Counted from the first letter of the stretch, positions 36,668 to 51,215 are shown. The stretch is 64,000 nucleotides of DNA from Mytilus californianus (GCF_021869535.1 NW_026262690.1:65410001-65474000), one strand, 5' to 3'. The notes: generated by a model from the letters alone, not told the origin. Numbers and translations: made by a program.

Positions 36668-39168
36668 CTGAGAAAATAAACAATAACTGACAGAAACAAA
36701 AAATGACAACAAATTCTGTTTTTAACTGATCTTAAGTGCATCTAGGTATTACAACTATTCAATATTCTAGTGTTTTCTATTAAAAAACTGTCGTTTATTC
36801 ACGACAACAGACAATGGGAAGGAAGTCTTAAGTAAATTAGAAGGACTTATATAATAGCTACAACTCAAAGTTATCAATGCTGGGTATATAAATCCAACCT
36901 AATTTTATGACACACCCTCTAGTGGTTGGCAACAATAGTATCAATATCATAAATATCCTTCGTGGGAATCAAAAGTTTTGAACTTGATACAACTTGCACA
37001 AACAGAAAGAAGGAGGATGAACAGAGGAATGAACCAACAGTCATACAGACAGACAGACAAAGTGATTCATACACGGTATACCCCTAGAGCCGGAGCATAA
37101 TAACTAGCTTATTGAATGTTCAGTACCCTACAAAGTAAGCATAGTTGCTATGATATGATGGAGGACACAGTTTATAAAAAAGTAAATGAAGCATTAATTG
37201 CAAGTAATTTAATGTCTTTTTTGTATGAACACCTGACAAACTCCCTTTGATGAATTCCATTACCGTGTTACTTGAATAGTTTTGATCAATAGATCTTGGA
37301 TGTTAAGTAAAGAAAGCATGATTTCTAGGTAAAGGTGATCAACTTTTAGTAATTTTGTAAATAAACTCTCTTATATGCATCCCTATCGCATGTTTTGGTC
37401 TATTGGTATCTGAGAACTTAACTTTGACATAAAATGAATTTATGTAAAGTTAGATGGAAATGTTAATAAAAGTTAGTAGGAGTGATACACTGAAATGTGG
37501 TATATGTGACCTTGATAGAAGACTTTGCTAGAACTTCTTCTATTTTTGGCACTGGTATACCTAGCTAGGTTTCAAATGACCTAGTCATGAAAGATTTATA
37601 ATCATATAAAAGAGAGGCGAAAGATATCAAAGGGAAATTCAAACTCACAAGTCGAATATGTCAAGGGATGGCAGTAGCTCAATGGTCCTTAAAAACTGAT
37701 AGAAAGCCTACAAACTTGACATTAATAGGCACATTAACAACTAAAAGTCTAACATTTCCTGCAACTACATTGCAGCCACTATACCATTGTTACAGAGCTG
37801 ATGTATCATGTTACTTAACAACAAAAAAACAAACAATATAACATTAATACCTGCTTGACATTGACAATGGCTTAAGAATCTTTGATACATTAGTTTATAT
37901 CATGTGGAAAAACAAGTTTCAACCCATTCATAAATCAGTAACTCCCACATGATAAATATTTACACCTGTCAAACATCAATTTAAAGTATGTAATTTAAGT
38001 AGTCAATAAACAATAGCACTGAACATCAAATTGTTTTACAAATTTGTACTTTTTAATGCATGAATGTTTCTTGTTTAAATGATAACTTGGTAAATCATAA
38101 AAATATCAATGGTTAGCAGATATACTTCCTCCAAAAAAAAACACAAGGCTCAAAAAGAATAACTCTCATGCATTCATTAATTCTTACCCTGAAGAAATAG
38201 TAAAGGCATTGTTTTTAGGTTCAACAGAATTTTCAGTTTGCAGACCTGTTTAATAATAGGCAAATCAGAAATCTTTGTGCAAGGTCTTTCAAATTATTAA
38301 TACAATATTTTAAAACAACTGATCCTTTATGAAAATCAGATAATTAGAATCAAATATTTTCATCTTCATAAAATAAAGAATCAGTGTTGAGACAATTCAG
38401 CATGGTCAGGTAGTTTCAAAATTAAAATATTTTTTATTCACTTGCAGTTCATTGTAGACACTTGCAACTAAATTTTGCTGATGTACGAATCTAATATTCC
38501 CATCACCTTATCTAACCTCATGAAATAAAGAATCTTTGTAAATCTTTCCTTATAGTATTCCTACATTATTATCTAAGCTTGATCAGGTTGTTCAAAAGAA
38601 GAATTCTCTGAGTAAACAATAGTTCAACCATAAATCTTAGTTTTTAAACAAAATACACAGGAGTAGTTTCACAACCCAATATATTAGTTTTTTTTTTAAT
38701 CTCAATGAAATACTACAATTTTAAATATAAATAGTTGTGATATAACTATTGATTTTTGGCACATAACATTATAAATTACAAAGTTTAGACCATTTAAAAA
38801 TGCATTACTTGAGTTGTTATGTCATTTGATCCAATTTTCCCATAATTTATAACAATTCTCAACATAGTTACTTTGGCAGAAACCTCTGATCCTGAAAATT
38901 GTTGTTTTTAGGGATTAAATATCAACCATGGCACCTTTTGGTCTAAAAACATTTTGGATCATAGGTTGCAGCCATGGCTTTTCTGAAGCTTTTGGGCCTG
39001 AATAATGCACAAACTCACTGACAATATCTCTTAAATGTAATGACTTTGAAAAAACTTACCTAGCATTTATGCTTTTATGACCCATATTTCAATATTTTTA
39101 TGATAAGGTTGAATTTCAAAGCCATATTTTGGATAAAGAAAACCTTGTCCTTTCTTTGGAATTTTATG

Positions 39169-39380
39169 CGACTGTCATACAAGTGAGAGGTTTAGCTAGC
39201 TATAAAACCAGGTTAAATCCACCATTTCCTACATAAGGAAATGCCTGTACCAAGTCAGGAATATGACAGTTGTTTTCCATTCGTTTGATGTGTTTGAGCT
39301 TTTGATTTTGCCATTTGATAAGGGACTTTTCGTTTTGAATTTTCCTTTGAGTTCGTTATTTTTGTTATTTCACTTTTTTC
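39169..39380. repeat. Dispersed bivalve repeat (gcgactgtcatacaagtgagagg... type)
   Basis: Shares the cctgtaccaagtcagga module with other repeats here. A degenerate reverse copy lies near 33480-33640. Confidence 0.6.
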
Positions 39381-40748
39381 TTAAAGGCTTTAAATTGTAT
39401 GCTGAATTAGTCAAAACTACGAAATCAAGTATCCATATAGATTTGCATCCACAAAAATAAATAAACTCACAGTTCTTTGGCACCAATGAGCTATACAATA
39501 TTACTGCAAACTTTGCATCTGACATTAAGGCCTAAGCAAATTATGAAGAACTGGAGTACGGTACTACGAGCAGCACTCACAAAATAATACCAACACCTCT
39601 TGCATATTCATCTCAGCATACAAAATAATGACCAACACCTTGTGGACAGACAATCTAACCTTATTCAAATTACAAGTTCCAAAAGCCAAAACAGAGCTGT
39701 ATAAGAAATCTTTTATATATTCAGGATCTATTTTATGGAATAAATTAATATCCCTGAAATAATCAACCTCAAGTACAAGCTCATTCAAAACAGATTTGAA
39801 AAATTACTTGTTGGAATATAAAGAAGCTGTGTAATTTTATATGCATAATAATTTTCTCACTTACTTAAACTTTAAATATTGTTAAGGTATAATATGAATG
39901 ATGCCAATACTATATGAATTCATAATTTTTACCTATTTTGAAAATTGTGTATTTCATAACAGTTTCTTATTTGATTTTTCTTATATGTGTGTGTTAGTTT
40001 GATTATTTTGTAAATTGTTTGTTTGTTATATTTCATTGCATTTCATGAGGGCTTCCCTCTGTTGTTGGTAGGCAATGATCCTTAAAGGCTTTTGAAAGTT
40101 CTGGTGAGTTAGACACAGTGAACATGACATTACAGATATAACTCCAAACTTTATTAGCAATACACCCTGATGGTAGGCAACAATGACATCAGATATCATT
40201 GATAACCTTCAAAGCACTAAATATTTTTAAGTGGGATACAATTTTTTACACTTGAAACTGTTTGTGACCTTAACTTTGCTAACAGACAATCCATCCTTAT
40301 TTGTGATACCCCTCTGATGGTTGGCAACAATACTACCAAGTATCATAAATATCCATCAAAGCATTCAAACGTTCTGAACTGGGCATAACTTGCACGGATA
40401 GCCAGATGGATATCTTCAAAGCAATGAGCTGACATGAGTCAAAAGCTAAGACAAGTTTTTGCCTTGTAGGATAAACACGAACATAATATTCGTCCCTTTG
40501 AACAAACACCAAAACTAAAATTAACAGACGTACAGATGCTTACTTATGCTAAACAATCACATGGTTCTTTGTAAAAATGAGGCAAACAAGTGAAGATTAT
40601 CGTGTACGGGACAAGCATTACACAAATAAAAATAACATTGGGAAGACCTGCTGTATTGAAATTTTGAAGCTATAGTACAAAAATACCATCATATTAAACA
40701 AATATAATAGTTAAATTGCATTGTTCTTACTATCAAAGACACATCAGA

Positions 40749-40922
40749 ATACACCTTATCGCTATTCCCGCTTGACCCGAGAATCTGTCCCGCTTGAACT
40801 TTTGCCGTCATACAACAATCACTTTTCCATTGTGGCGTCAGATATTTTCTATTATGACGTCAAAATTTTACGGGAACTTTTGTGATGTACAGTAATGGCG
40901 GACAAATAGCGATAAGGTGTAT
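40749..40922. mobile_element. 174-bp MITE with perfect 18-bp TIR
   Basis: atacaccttatcgctatt / aatagcgataaggtgtat. Confidence 0.85.
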
Positions 40923-42442
40923 GAAGTGGGAATCCTAGAATAACTTTGGCAATATACTTTGTAGAACTATTAGTCTTTTTTGTAATGACGAGTAACATTT
41001 AAAAATCAGCATGAATCATTTTAAATAAAAAGAGATGATGGGTACATTGTTACATCATTGAGACAGCAACAGAATGACATAAAACACAGAAGACATCTAG
41101 AGGTCAATATATGGGCTTCAATAATAGACAGGTTTCTATAAAATAAGCCAACCTCTAAATTGTCCAGAGTCTAGAAAAACTGAATAAATTCAACAGATTA
41201 TTAAAGATACGCCATCAACACCATCACCCTAAAAGACAAACAACATGCTATGACTATGTAACTAAAGACGATGACTAAAGAGGTAACTGACTTGGAACAA
41301 GCACCTGCACATAATAATGCTTGAAACTCTTCAAGGAATTACTTTTTTGATGGTTTCAATGTGAGAACATGGCTTACCTGACAACCTTCACAATTTTGTT
41401 TTACCCTTTACATATTTTGAAATCTAACATATTACATGTACAAATATGAAGCAGATTCTGATTGCAAATTATATTATCATAATTCAAAACAAAGCCATTA
41501 TGTACAGTGATTATTAAAAACAAATTATCTGTTTGACATTTCTGTGGTTATAGGCCATAAAAATTTACTGTCTCCTGGCAGAAAAAAATATGTTAGGTGA
41601 ATGATTACTGCATATTTTATATTGACCACAGAGGGAAATGTTCTGGACTTTACTGTGCTCAACCAAATGTCTAGACATCAATGGTGCTTTACCAAAAATG
41701 CCCACTAAATGTGTTAGAGTAGGCAAGAATATTCAGGGTAGGTAGGGAGGCAAGAAACAGAACTATATATCTTTTGGCCTCATTCTAAACTCTACCTTAT
41801 CTTCACATTCACTCTAAGGATCCCAAATATTTCTGTCAGTTTCCGCAACATTATGTAAACAAATAAATTATCCTTGTACTTATACATGTATCAGACAAAA
41901 CAATCAGCCAAATCATCTAATAAAATCTGTTTTTGTGAAGAGTGCTAAAGATAAGAAAATAAACAAAGGAAATGAAAAACATAACCTTTCAGGTCAATAA
42001 ACATGTAAAAACATTGCATTTGACATGCATTAAGTTTACCTATCTGCAGTGATAATGATGTTGAGATAAGAAAACGGATTTTTTGTTGAAAGAAATGATT
42101 TGCTTCAAATTAAAGACATTTGGTTTTTATTATCTATAATAAAAACAACAGATTGTGTGAAGTCAAAATATGTGTTCAGTTAATATACATGGAAACATCA
42201 AGTTGATGCAAACAATTATCTTTTATAAAATACATACATTACTCAGAAAATTCAATGTTAACACAAAATCTATTGAAGCAAATGGTATTCCTAACCAGCA
42301 AATCAACAAAAACTAATCATATGAAGTTTTATTAAATAATTAATTAAGATTTTTGTTTTCTTTTTCCTTTGTGAGTAGTGTTGTGCAACATAATCAAAAT
42401 GATTCATTCATTTTTTTATAGAATAATAATGAGGCTATTTTT

Positions 42443-42566
42443 TTTGGAGTCACTTTCTTTACAGTCAGACGTATTTATGGAATAATATAGTCAATACTCT
42501 TTGGAGTCACTTTCTTTACAGTCAGATGTATTTATGGAATAATATAGTCAATACTCTTTGGAGTCA
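42443..42566. repeat. 57-bp tandem duplication (2.2 copies)
   Basis: tttggagtca at 42443, 42500 and 42557. Confidence 0.92.
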
Positions 42567-42599
42567 TTGGAGTCCATCCAATATTTGTAAATCTCATAA

Positions 42600-42660
42600 C
42601 ATTGATTGATTGATTGATAGATAGATTGATTTGGTGTTTAACACCACTTTAAGCAATATT
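42600..42660 (-). repeat. (GATT/GATA)n microsatellite, probably the 3' tail of a SINE
   Basis: Reverse reads aagtggtgttaaacaccaaatcaatc..., a tail typical of mollusc SINEs (recalled, not searched). Confidence 0.5.
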
Positions 42661-42722
42661 GAGTCTCATAACACATAATATAATATTTGTGTAAGTTTCA
42701 TAAGCAAGAAGTAGAAATATAG

Positions 42723-42945
42723 AAATAAGAAGATGTGGTATGATTGCCAATGAGACAACTCTCTGCAGAGACCAAATGACATAGAAGTTAACAACTATAG
42801 GTCACCATATGGCCTTCAACAATGAGTAAAACCCATACCACCTAGTCAGCTATAAAAGGCCTCAAAATGACAAATGTAAAATAATTCAAACAAGAAAACT
42901 AACAGCCTGATTTATGTACAAAATAATGAAAGAAAAACAAATATG
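42723..42945 (+). repeat. Best-preserved copy of the aataagaagatgtggtatgattgccaatgagacaac dispersed repeat
   Basis: Homologous pieces at ~11090, ~33422, ~62735 (+) and ~20100-20285, ~53820-53925, ~63700-63870 (-). Confidence 0.85.
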
Positions 42946-43189
42946 ATAAATAGACCATTTGTTTGGAGGTCACAAGACATTAATATATGTAAGACATAAT
43001 ACATATACCTAAATTAAACATATATTTGATAGGGAATAAAAACCTATTTAAATTAAAATTGTGAAGTCATATGTAGTTGTTAAAATAAAACTTAACCAAA
43101 GTCATTCATGTTTAAAATGAAGGTTAATATGAACTAATTTTTCATTGACTTTCAAAAACATGTACACCAACAAAACCGCCTAAGTTGTC

Positions 43190-43400
43190 ATGTGGTAGCG
43201 TGCCTGCCTCCCTTTGGGGGAGGTTGTGGTTTAAATCCATCAACATGTTAAATCAAAGACTTTAAAAATGGTATTTACTGCTTCTCTACCAAGCATTCAT
43301 AATTTAGGAGTAGGGCATCCAGAATTACGTGTAAGGGAGGGAATATGTCTACAGACTATTTTATTGTGTGACCAAGCACATATCTGGCTCTGGGGGTCAG
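43190..43400 (+). mobile_element. Degenerate tRNA-derived SINE
   Basis: A-box-like tgtggtagcgtg, B-box-like ggtttaaatcc, then caaagactttaaaaatggtatttactgcttctc...aagcat, resembling a widespread mollusc SINE body (recalled). Confidence 0.55.
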
Positions 43401-44930
43401 TATAGTACAAAACATATTTCATTAATATGTTACCATACCCTAAATATACATATATATGCTGCACCTTAAGCATTACACCCATCATCAAAATCCACAGAGA
43501 AAATATCATACTTCTATGATTTGTAGTTCCTTTTATCCAAACCTTTGATGCAAAATTTAATGAATGAACAAAGTTATATCATCCCCCCTATCACTGATGG
43601 TCCAGGAGATGAGTTCTTAGATAGAGGTACATAGTTGCTTTACATTCAAACTGTGTTCTCAACATATGATACAGCCATTAAGATGAAGTTTTCTTCAGCA
43701 GTAGTTTAAATGAAACAATCAATTACAAGTTCATACCTCCAGACTTTTTCAGTGATCCACAAAATAATTTGACATAGCATTATTACTGTTAGTGTTGAAA
43801 AATTTTATGACCACAATACATAATAATTCTGAAATCAGGATATGGTCTGTTTACATGATGTTTACTCACATTTCTATATTTATGATTGTGAAATTTAAGA
43901 CAAATATTATTCTGAGAATTGAGGTGGATAATTTAAAGAGGTTAGGATGTGCTTTTAACAAAAGCAAACAAACAAAGTTCAAATCTCCTTTAACTTTACA
44001 TTAATATCTCCTGTATCGTGATGAAAGTCAATTGAGTATTTAGTTGTGAAATCTAATCTGTCAACTTTACAGATATTTTGGGAAATTTGTTAAAATGTGT
44101 AGAAAAAATTGTTATGACATTTTTTTTTATTTTATGTATAAAATATTCCAATAAAAAGTTACAGTTAAGACAACATGATTAGTCGTCCTTTATTCTTCTG
44201 TAGTGAAGTGAAAGTAGTTGATTTGATGAATTGTATCTTAAAAGTATTTTTAGCAAACCATATATAATTTATTTTTAATTACAAGGGTAATATTTTAAAT
44301 TTAAAATCTACTGATGAAAGTGACATTTTTTTTTCTGTCAACATTGATAATCACATGTACATTCCAAAAGGATATAAATGATCTTTTACAACAATAAATA
44401 TGGATTTGACTAACCTAAGGGGATAGAAAGCTGGCTCAATACAACATTTTCTGAGTAATCTTTATTTCATAAAACAAGTTCAGAGGCATTCAAAGATATT
44501 AACATTTTTTTGTTACATAACAAAAGGTCATTGACATGACATGTACATGTATCTTAAGTTTTTGATCTTTGCAAGTCCAAAGTTTTGTCGTAACTGCATG
44601 ATTTTGGAACTTTAAACAAATAATCCAAATGATAAAAACTATCAATATACGAACCTTTATTTTTATACAATTACTATGAATTTCCGAAAAATTATACATA
44701 AAATTTGACAGCCTTTAAAAATTAGGAGAGAAAAAAAAAAAAGAAATAAGAGAAAAATGTTGAATGGTTGAAGGGACATTCCTTTATCACCAATTACCTG
44801 GGAGAACATTTATTTACTATTAATTACTACTTGATGTACATTATTAATAGATTTTACCTGTTTGTTTACTATCAAATGCACAAATCAAATCTCTTATCAA
44901 ATATTTATCAATACATTATATCTCCAATAC

Positions 44931-44964
44931 CTTCTTCAAATTCCTGATTTTGTTCCAAAGCCAT
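44931..44964 (-). CDS. RASGRP: Candidate alternative first coding segment of RASGRP (MALEQNQEFEE-G)
   Basis: ACCATGG start context, in-frame TGA upstream, donor AAG|gtattg in phase 1 (G+GA=Gly) into exon 35063. Possible acceptor tttcctttag at 45183 would make the exon 44931-45182. Confidence 0.6.
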
Positions 44965-47299
44965 GGTGATAATTTTATATATCCTATACAGAATCCACTC
45001 ATATTCACTTGACCACTGTCCCCTGTTTTTTGTGACAATCGTAAAATGTCATTGTAGATCAATCAAAGCACCGAGCATCAGAAACATTTGTAATATATCA
45101 TATACGATAAATCCAACATAACTGTAATAATTTGCATAGTGCCCAGAGGTAAACAACAGTTGTGTGTGTAGTGATTCACTTCCTAAAGGAAATTAGAATA
45201 TTGTGTGATCCACTCAACAGCTTCTGCAGATAGGACGAGATAAAAATGATGTACTACTATAATATGAAAATTCGTCCATTTCATTGTTGCACTTTGATCA
45301 AGGAAAAAAGTATTTAAATCAGCTGTATAAAATCTGCTTCCTTGTTGACACTTGGTCCTCTCAGTAAATACTAGCATCTTATTGGTTAAGTGTTTAAAGG
45401 TAAAGGTTAATTTATCACTGAAACACTTAGCCTATAATTCATTAGTAAGTCATATCTAAATCTGCTTGTTATTATTATATGAAGGACTTAACATTGTTTT
45501 ATTCATTTGTAATAATATTGTGGTAAGGAAATTTACTGACGGCAAACAATACAAAATAACTATAATCACTGTTTTAAATACGATGAAATACTACAACAAA
45601 TTGTCATTGAATTTAAGGCCACAAAAATTATAAATTTTTTATACTATCAATATTGCTTGCATTTTTGGTAACTTCTCAATTTTTTCATGCACAAAAACTA
45701 TTTAAATATTCATTTCCTAATGGGAACAAAAATTTGATAAATAAATACATTTTTCATTTGAGTTCATTTTAACATTTTTCATTTGAGTTCATTTTAACAT
45801 TTTTCCTTGGCTTCATATATATATAAATATAGAACAGTCTATAGAAAAAAACCAACCAGCAGATTTGATACATATGGGACAGTCTGATGATATATATATA
45901 TATATACAGAAAAATAAAGTCGAAGATGCACTTCAAAAGTTTTAAAAATGTATAAAAATGCATTATCCAATAACAGATCAAATTTAAATAAAAACATGTG
46001 TTGAGAACTTATTGTAGTTTTTGCTCAATTGTCTATTTATAGTAAATGTCAAGCTAATAGTTTTTAATTTTTTCATGCACAGCTGTTGATATTTTTTTCC
46101 AAATGGTAACACAATTCTGAAAATAAACCTTCCATTATAAAATTAGGTATAGTAGTGCAATTGTCTATACAGTATGTCAAGCTCTAAATTGCCCCAAGTC
46201 CAGAATAGTCAATTTTCAATTTTCACTGTCGTAAAATGTAGCACTGTTAAGACACTTTGTATGTGGTCAGTTCAGATCTGTTCATATAAATGAAAAATAC
46301 ATTTGGTATATGTGTCAAAGAATTTGACATTAATCAATAACAAACATGTGTCCACTGACACAATATCACCAAAAATCTTTACTAGAGTTACTCATGCATA
46401 TAATGTAGCTCACTTTAACTTAATTTTAATACAGATCTTATTTACTTCAAAACATTTTTGTACTGACAACACATCATTTCTATTTGACTTTTATTGTAAT
46501 ATCAATGCAACAATTAAGCATGTACAAAATATAGGTCGCAGTGACACTCTTTAATCGGATCATTTAGACCACAAAATTCTTTTTAATGCTGAAGATATGG
46601 CCTTTAATAAATACAAGTCTTTTTTTTATGCCAAAAAACATTGAAATGAAATTTCATAATCGAACAACTAGAACAGTTTTTGAAACCATTAAAAGATAAA
46701 ACAACGAAAGCACATATCATTATATGTTTACAAAAAATTGAGGTCATATTAAAATCTAAACAATGTAGGTTTCATAAGAATGTTAATGCACATGCAGTCT
46801 TTTCACCTGACATTCACAAGACTTAATTGGATCAATTAACTTTACTTTGAAGTATTCCATTTAAAATTGACCCTAATTGTTTAATGATTTTACATTTCCA
46901 TTATACAGATGACTATATATTGACTATGGTGAAAATAAAGTTCTTTAATTATCCTACAGTCTAAGAATAGATTTTGGAACACTCAATCAGGCTTAAATAT
47001 ATAAAGATATAGCTTTATTAAATCATAGAAAGCCAATATATAGATCCTGACCCTAAAATGTAGGCTAACATACATTTATAGAATATAGCACAAGAGCCTG
47101 TATCCTTAAATTAGAAGCTAATTTGAATCAATTACCAAAATTTGTGTCAAATTATGCATATAATCATTGTTAGTTAATACAAACTTTCAATGGCTATAAT
47201 GTGCCCAGAATAATATTAACTAGAAAATTCATGATCAGCTCTGATGTCAGTTTTCTGCAGAAATAGTTCTTGCACTATATAAATATAAATCGTTCTTAA

Positions 47300-47767
47300 G
47301 GGCATACTATACAGTTAGAAGGGAGGTAATGACATTGCTATTATTATTTTTTCGCGACGTCAAACTGCAACATGCAAGGAAAAGATGCACTTTTCGAGAG
47401 ATTTTAATCATTAGCTTGAAAACGAGTACATGGACCCCTTTTTTTTAAAAATGAATTACTTCCAAGGAACTGTTACACAAATTAAGAAGATACTTATGTA
47501 AAGAAGATATTTCAAATCTTTCTACAAAAATCTGCATGCGTTTATCTTTTGAAACAAAAAAGTTAAGTATGTCTTTCCAAAGGATAGAAATGTTCAAGAA
47601 ACTGAAATTTTAAGTAAATGTCTATAAAATTTCTACCCCATTTATCTCTAAATTTAGCACATGAAGGTATATTTCTTATTACATATTTGAATTAACTAGG
47701 TAAAAAAAAGCTTGTATGCAAATTTTCGTAAAAAATCACTGTGGGATCAAAACTGTATCGAATGCCC
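47300..47767. mobile_element. TTAA-flanked Kolobok-like non-autonomous element 1
   Basis: TIR gggcatactatacagtt / aactgtatcgaatgccc (2 mismatches), TTAA at 47296-47299 and 47768-47771. Confidence 0.8.
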
Positions 47768-47771
47768 TTAA

Positions 47772-48518
47772 GGTAACAGGTACGTAAATGGGTGATCTCA
47801 CGGGATTTTATGAAATTTTGCATACAACTAGAGCATGAGGGACTGCACATGAACATCAAAACAATTATACATATAACTTTTATACTTTCTGAGACATAGC
47901 AAATAAAATATTTGGATAATAGTAGTACAAATGTTTTATAGAATACAGGTAAATATCGTAAAAAAGTTCAGCAATTTTGTCTTAAAATTAACCTTTCTCA
48001 AAATACTGTCCTATGAATTTTCTTTAAAAATAATATATTATTGCTACTGAGATTTCCACTGTATAGATATAAAACTTATAAAGGGTCACCAAGGATTTAT
48101 AGTAAGACAAAATCCTTGTGTACAGCATGGAAAAGCGGCGAAAAGGCAAAAATAATTGTGACGTCATTAGAAATTTTTACTTGAATGATTTATACAGCAA
48201 AAACGAATTCAGATACCCCCTGTGCACTTTCATATCAATAAAACAGAAATTTTAGTGGCAATAATATATCAGTTTTAAAGAAAATTTGTAGGACAAGTTT
48301 TTGACAAAAGGCAATTCAAAGTCAATTGTTTCAATATTTTTTTCTATATTTACATGCATCCTATACATTGAACTTCTATCTACAGAATATTCAATTTGCT
48401 ATATATCCCAAAGTATAAAAGTTAATTTTTCAATATTCATATGCAGTTACATAATGCTCAAATTGCCTGCAAAATTTCATAAAAATCTGTGAGATTGCCT
48501 GTTTACATACCTGTTACC
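47772..48518. mobile_element. TTAA-flanked Kolobok-like non-autonomous element 2
   Basis: TIR ggtaacaggtacgtaaa / tttacatacctgttacc (1 mismatch), TTAA at 47768-47771 and 48519-48522. Confidence 0.8.
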
Positions 48519-49009
48519 TTAAACTGTTTATAAAATATTGAATACTTTTATGTACCAGGTAATTAACAATAAAAAAATGGTATGTTTTATTCTAGTTGTT
48601 TAGTATAATACATGTATGTAATAATATACTTTTTTCTTAGCTGTTTGTTACAGTGCACATGCGAACCCCATCCCCAAAAAAATTATTAAGGGCAGAACTC
48701 TAGAATGCCAAAACTGTCAAAATGGAACATGACCTATATTTATTACTACATTAATTTTGTATATTTTCAAAAGATTTGGTCAGCAGTACTTTATCATCAG
48801 GAAACATAAGTGTGAAATTGGACAACACACAAATAGATGGACATGTGCATAACTATATGCCCCCAATTCAATGGTAAAAAATAGAACACAAATAGCAACT
48901 TATGTTGACACAGAGCTTCAAAGAATATAATCTACAGAAATAGTCATAGGAATGATATGTTTTTTTTTACTGCAAAAGAAATACAGTTTGTTGTAACTAT
49001 GACAGATTC

Positions 49010-50175
49010 TACTTGAACGGGAATGCAGAATGACACATTTGTTAGGATGATAGGAACAAGAGAGCAAATGAATGATTCTAAATGGAACAAATGGTAGAAG
49101 TTGCAGTACAAGAGAACAAATGACACATTGCCCTGGAATATGAATACAAATGACACAATCTACAAAAATGGAAGTAACATGACACATTCCTCTGGAACAG
49201 ACTTTTCAGTCTTAAAACTTTACTCAGTACTCAAGAGTACAAAATTCATGCTATAAACATCAAATCCAGTATTTTGAGTGGTTCTGTGTATGATAATCAA
49301 TAATTTTTATGACCACAAGGCCTGGAATACAAATGACACAATCTACCAAAACATATGTAACATGACACATTCCCCTGGAACAGGAATTGAAATGACACAA
49401 TCTACTTAAACTAGTAACATGACACATTTCCCTAGAAAAGGATTATGAATGACACAATCTACCAAAACAGATGTAACATGATACTTTCCCACTGGAACAG
49501 GAATTCAAATGACACATTCTACTTAAATAAACAACATGCCACATTCCTCTGGAACAGGAATTCAAATGACACAATCTACTTAAACAAACAACATGACGCA
49601 TTCCTCTTGAATAGGAATACAAATGTCACAATCTACTAAAATGGATGTTACATGATATGTTCTCACTGGAATAGGAATAAAAATGACACAATCCACTAAA
49701 ACAGATGTTACATGATACGTTCCCACTGGAACAGGAATTCAAATGACACAATCTACTTAAACAAATAACACAAAATAATCCTCCTAAACAGGAATACAAA
49801 TGACACAATCTACTTAAACAAGTAACATGACATTTTCCTCTAGAACAAGAATACAAATGACACGATCTACTAAAACAATTGTAACATGACACATTCCCAC
49901 TGGAATAGAAATAAAATGACACAATCTACTTTAACAAGTAATATGACACATTCATCTGGAAGAGGAATACAAATGACACAATCTACTAAAACAGATGTAA
50001 CATGACACATTCCCACTGGAGTAGGAATAAAATGACACAATCTACTTTAACAAGTAAAATGAGAGATACATTCATCTGGAAGAGGAATACAAATGACACA
50101 ATCTACTAAAACAGATGTAACATGATACAATGCAACTTACCATGAAACAGGAATGCAAATGTCACAATCTACTTA
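49010..50175. repeat. 57-60-bp minisatellite (~15 well-preserved units from 49321 plus a few decayed units)
   Basis: aaatgacacaatctac recurs every 57-61 nt from 49331 to 50091. Confidence 0.93.
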
Positions 50176-50230
50176 TATAAGGATAGAAATAATACATTCT
50201 AATGAAATAGTAATGTACATTACATTTGAC

Positions 50231-50526
50231 AACAAGAATGTGTCCATAGTACATGGATGCCCCACTCGCACTATCATTTTCTATATTCAGTGGACTGTGA
50301 AATTGGGGTCAAAACTCTAATTTGGCATTAAAATTAGAAAGATCATATCATAGGGAACATGTGTACTAAGTTTCAAGTTGATTGGACTTCAACTTCATCA
50401 AAAACTACCTTGACCAAAACCTTTTACCTGAAGCGGGACAGACGGACAGACAGACGAACGGACGAACAAACGAACGAACAGATGCACAGACCGAAAAACA
50501 TAATGCCCCTAGGTGGGGCAGAAAAA
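50231..50526 (+). mobile_element. Helentron/HINE-like non-autonomous element, well preserved
   Basis: AACAAG start, subterminal atgcccc, (GACG/GACA/AACG)n microsatellite, 3' hairpin tgcccct-aggt-ggggca and A-run. Confidence 0.8.
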
Positions 50527-51007
50527 TTATAGGGAAAAGACGAACAGAATCACAAATATACATTTAAATCTTCTCACAATGTACATTTATTAATCTCACT
50601 TGTTAAAATTGATGTTGCATGGACCTGAACCATGAAGAGGACACCAAGTGACATGTGGCGTAAAAGTAATTTGAATGTCACATCAGCAAGAAACTGCTAC
50701 ATATTGTTAAGAGTTCCTTGCAAATATTTAAGCATATTTTTAAAATCAGACAAGAGATCTGTCCTTTAAAACTGTTTGATTGAATTAAAAGTTCACTGAG
50801 GTTGGAATATCAATAAAAACAAGAAATACAAATGGCAGGTTTTACCGTTTTTATATATGTGGCATAATATGGCAGGTTTTACTGTTATTATATGTGGCAT
50901 CATATTTTGTCTAAAAATGTGTGGCACCTTCATTCAAAATAATACATGACAAGTCAACAGAAGTAGAAACATAAATAACTTTTTCTCCTTAATGAAAAAG
51001 CAATCTA

Positions 51008-51215
51008 CTGTGGATTCATTTATTTTCGTGGGTACCAATTTTCGTGGATGAAGGAAAAATCACATGTTCGTGGATATTTAATTTCGTGGTTTTTCCAAAC
51101 TTTGCATACAAAACTATAGAAAATTTGACATTCGTTGAACATTTAATTTCGTGTTTCAGCTGTACCCACGAAATCCACGAAAATTGGTATCCAACGAATA
51201 ATAATGAATCCACAG
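51008..51215. mobile_element. TA-flanked MITE, ctgtggattcatt family (intact)
   Basis: Perfect TIR ctgtggattcatt / aatgaatccacag, TA on both sides. Confidence 0.92.

Noticed and set aside
43190-43260. tRNA gene
   Set aside because: A/B boxes are degenerate, no cloverleaf can be formed, and it continues into a SINE-like body.
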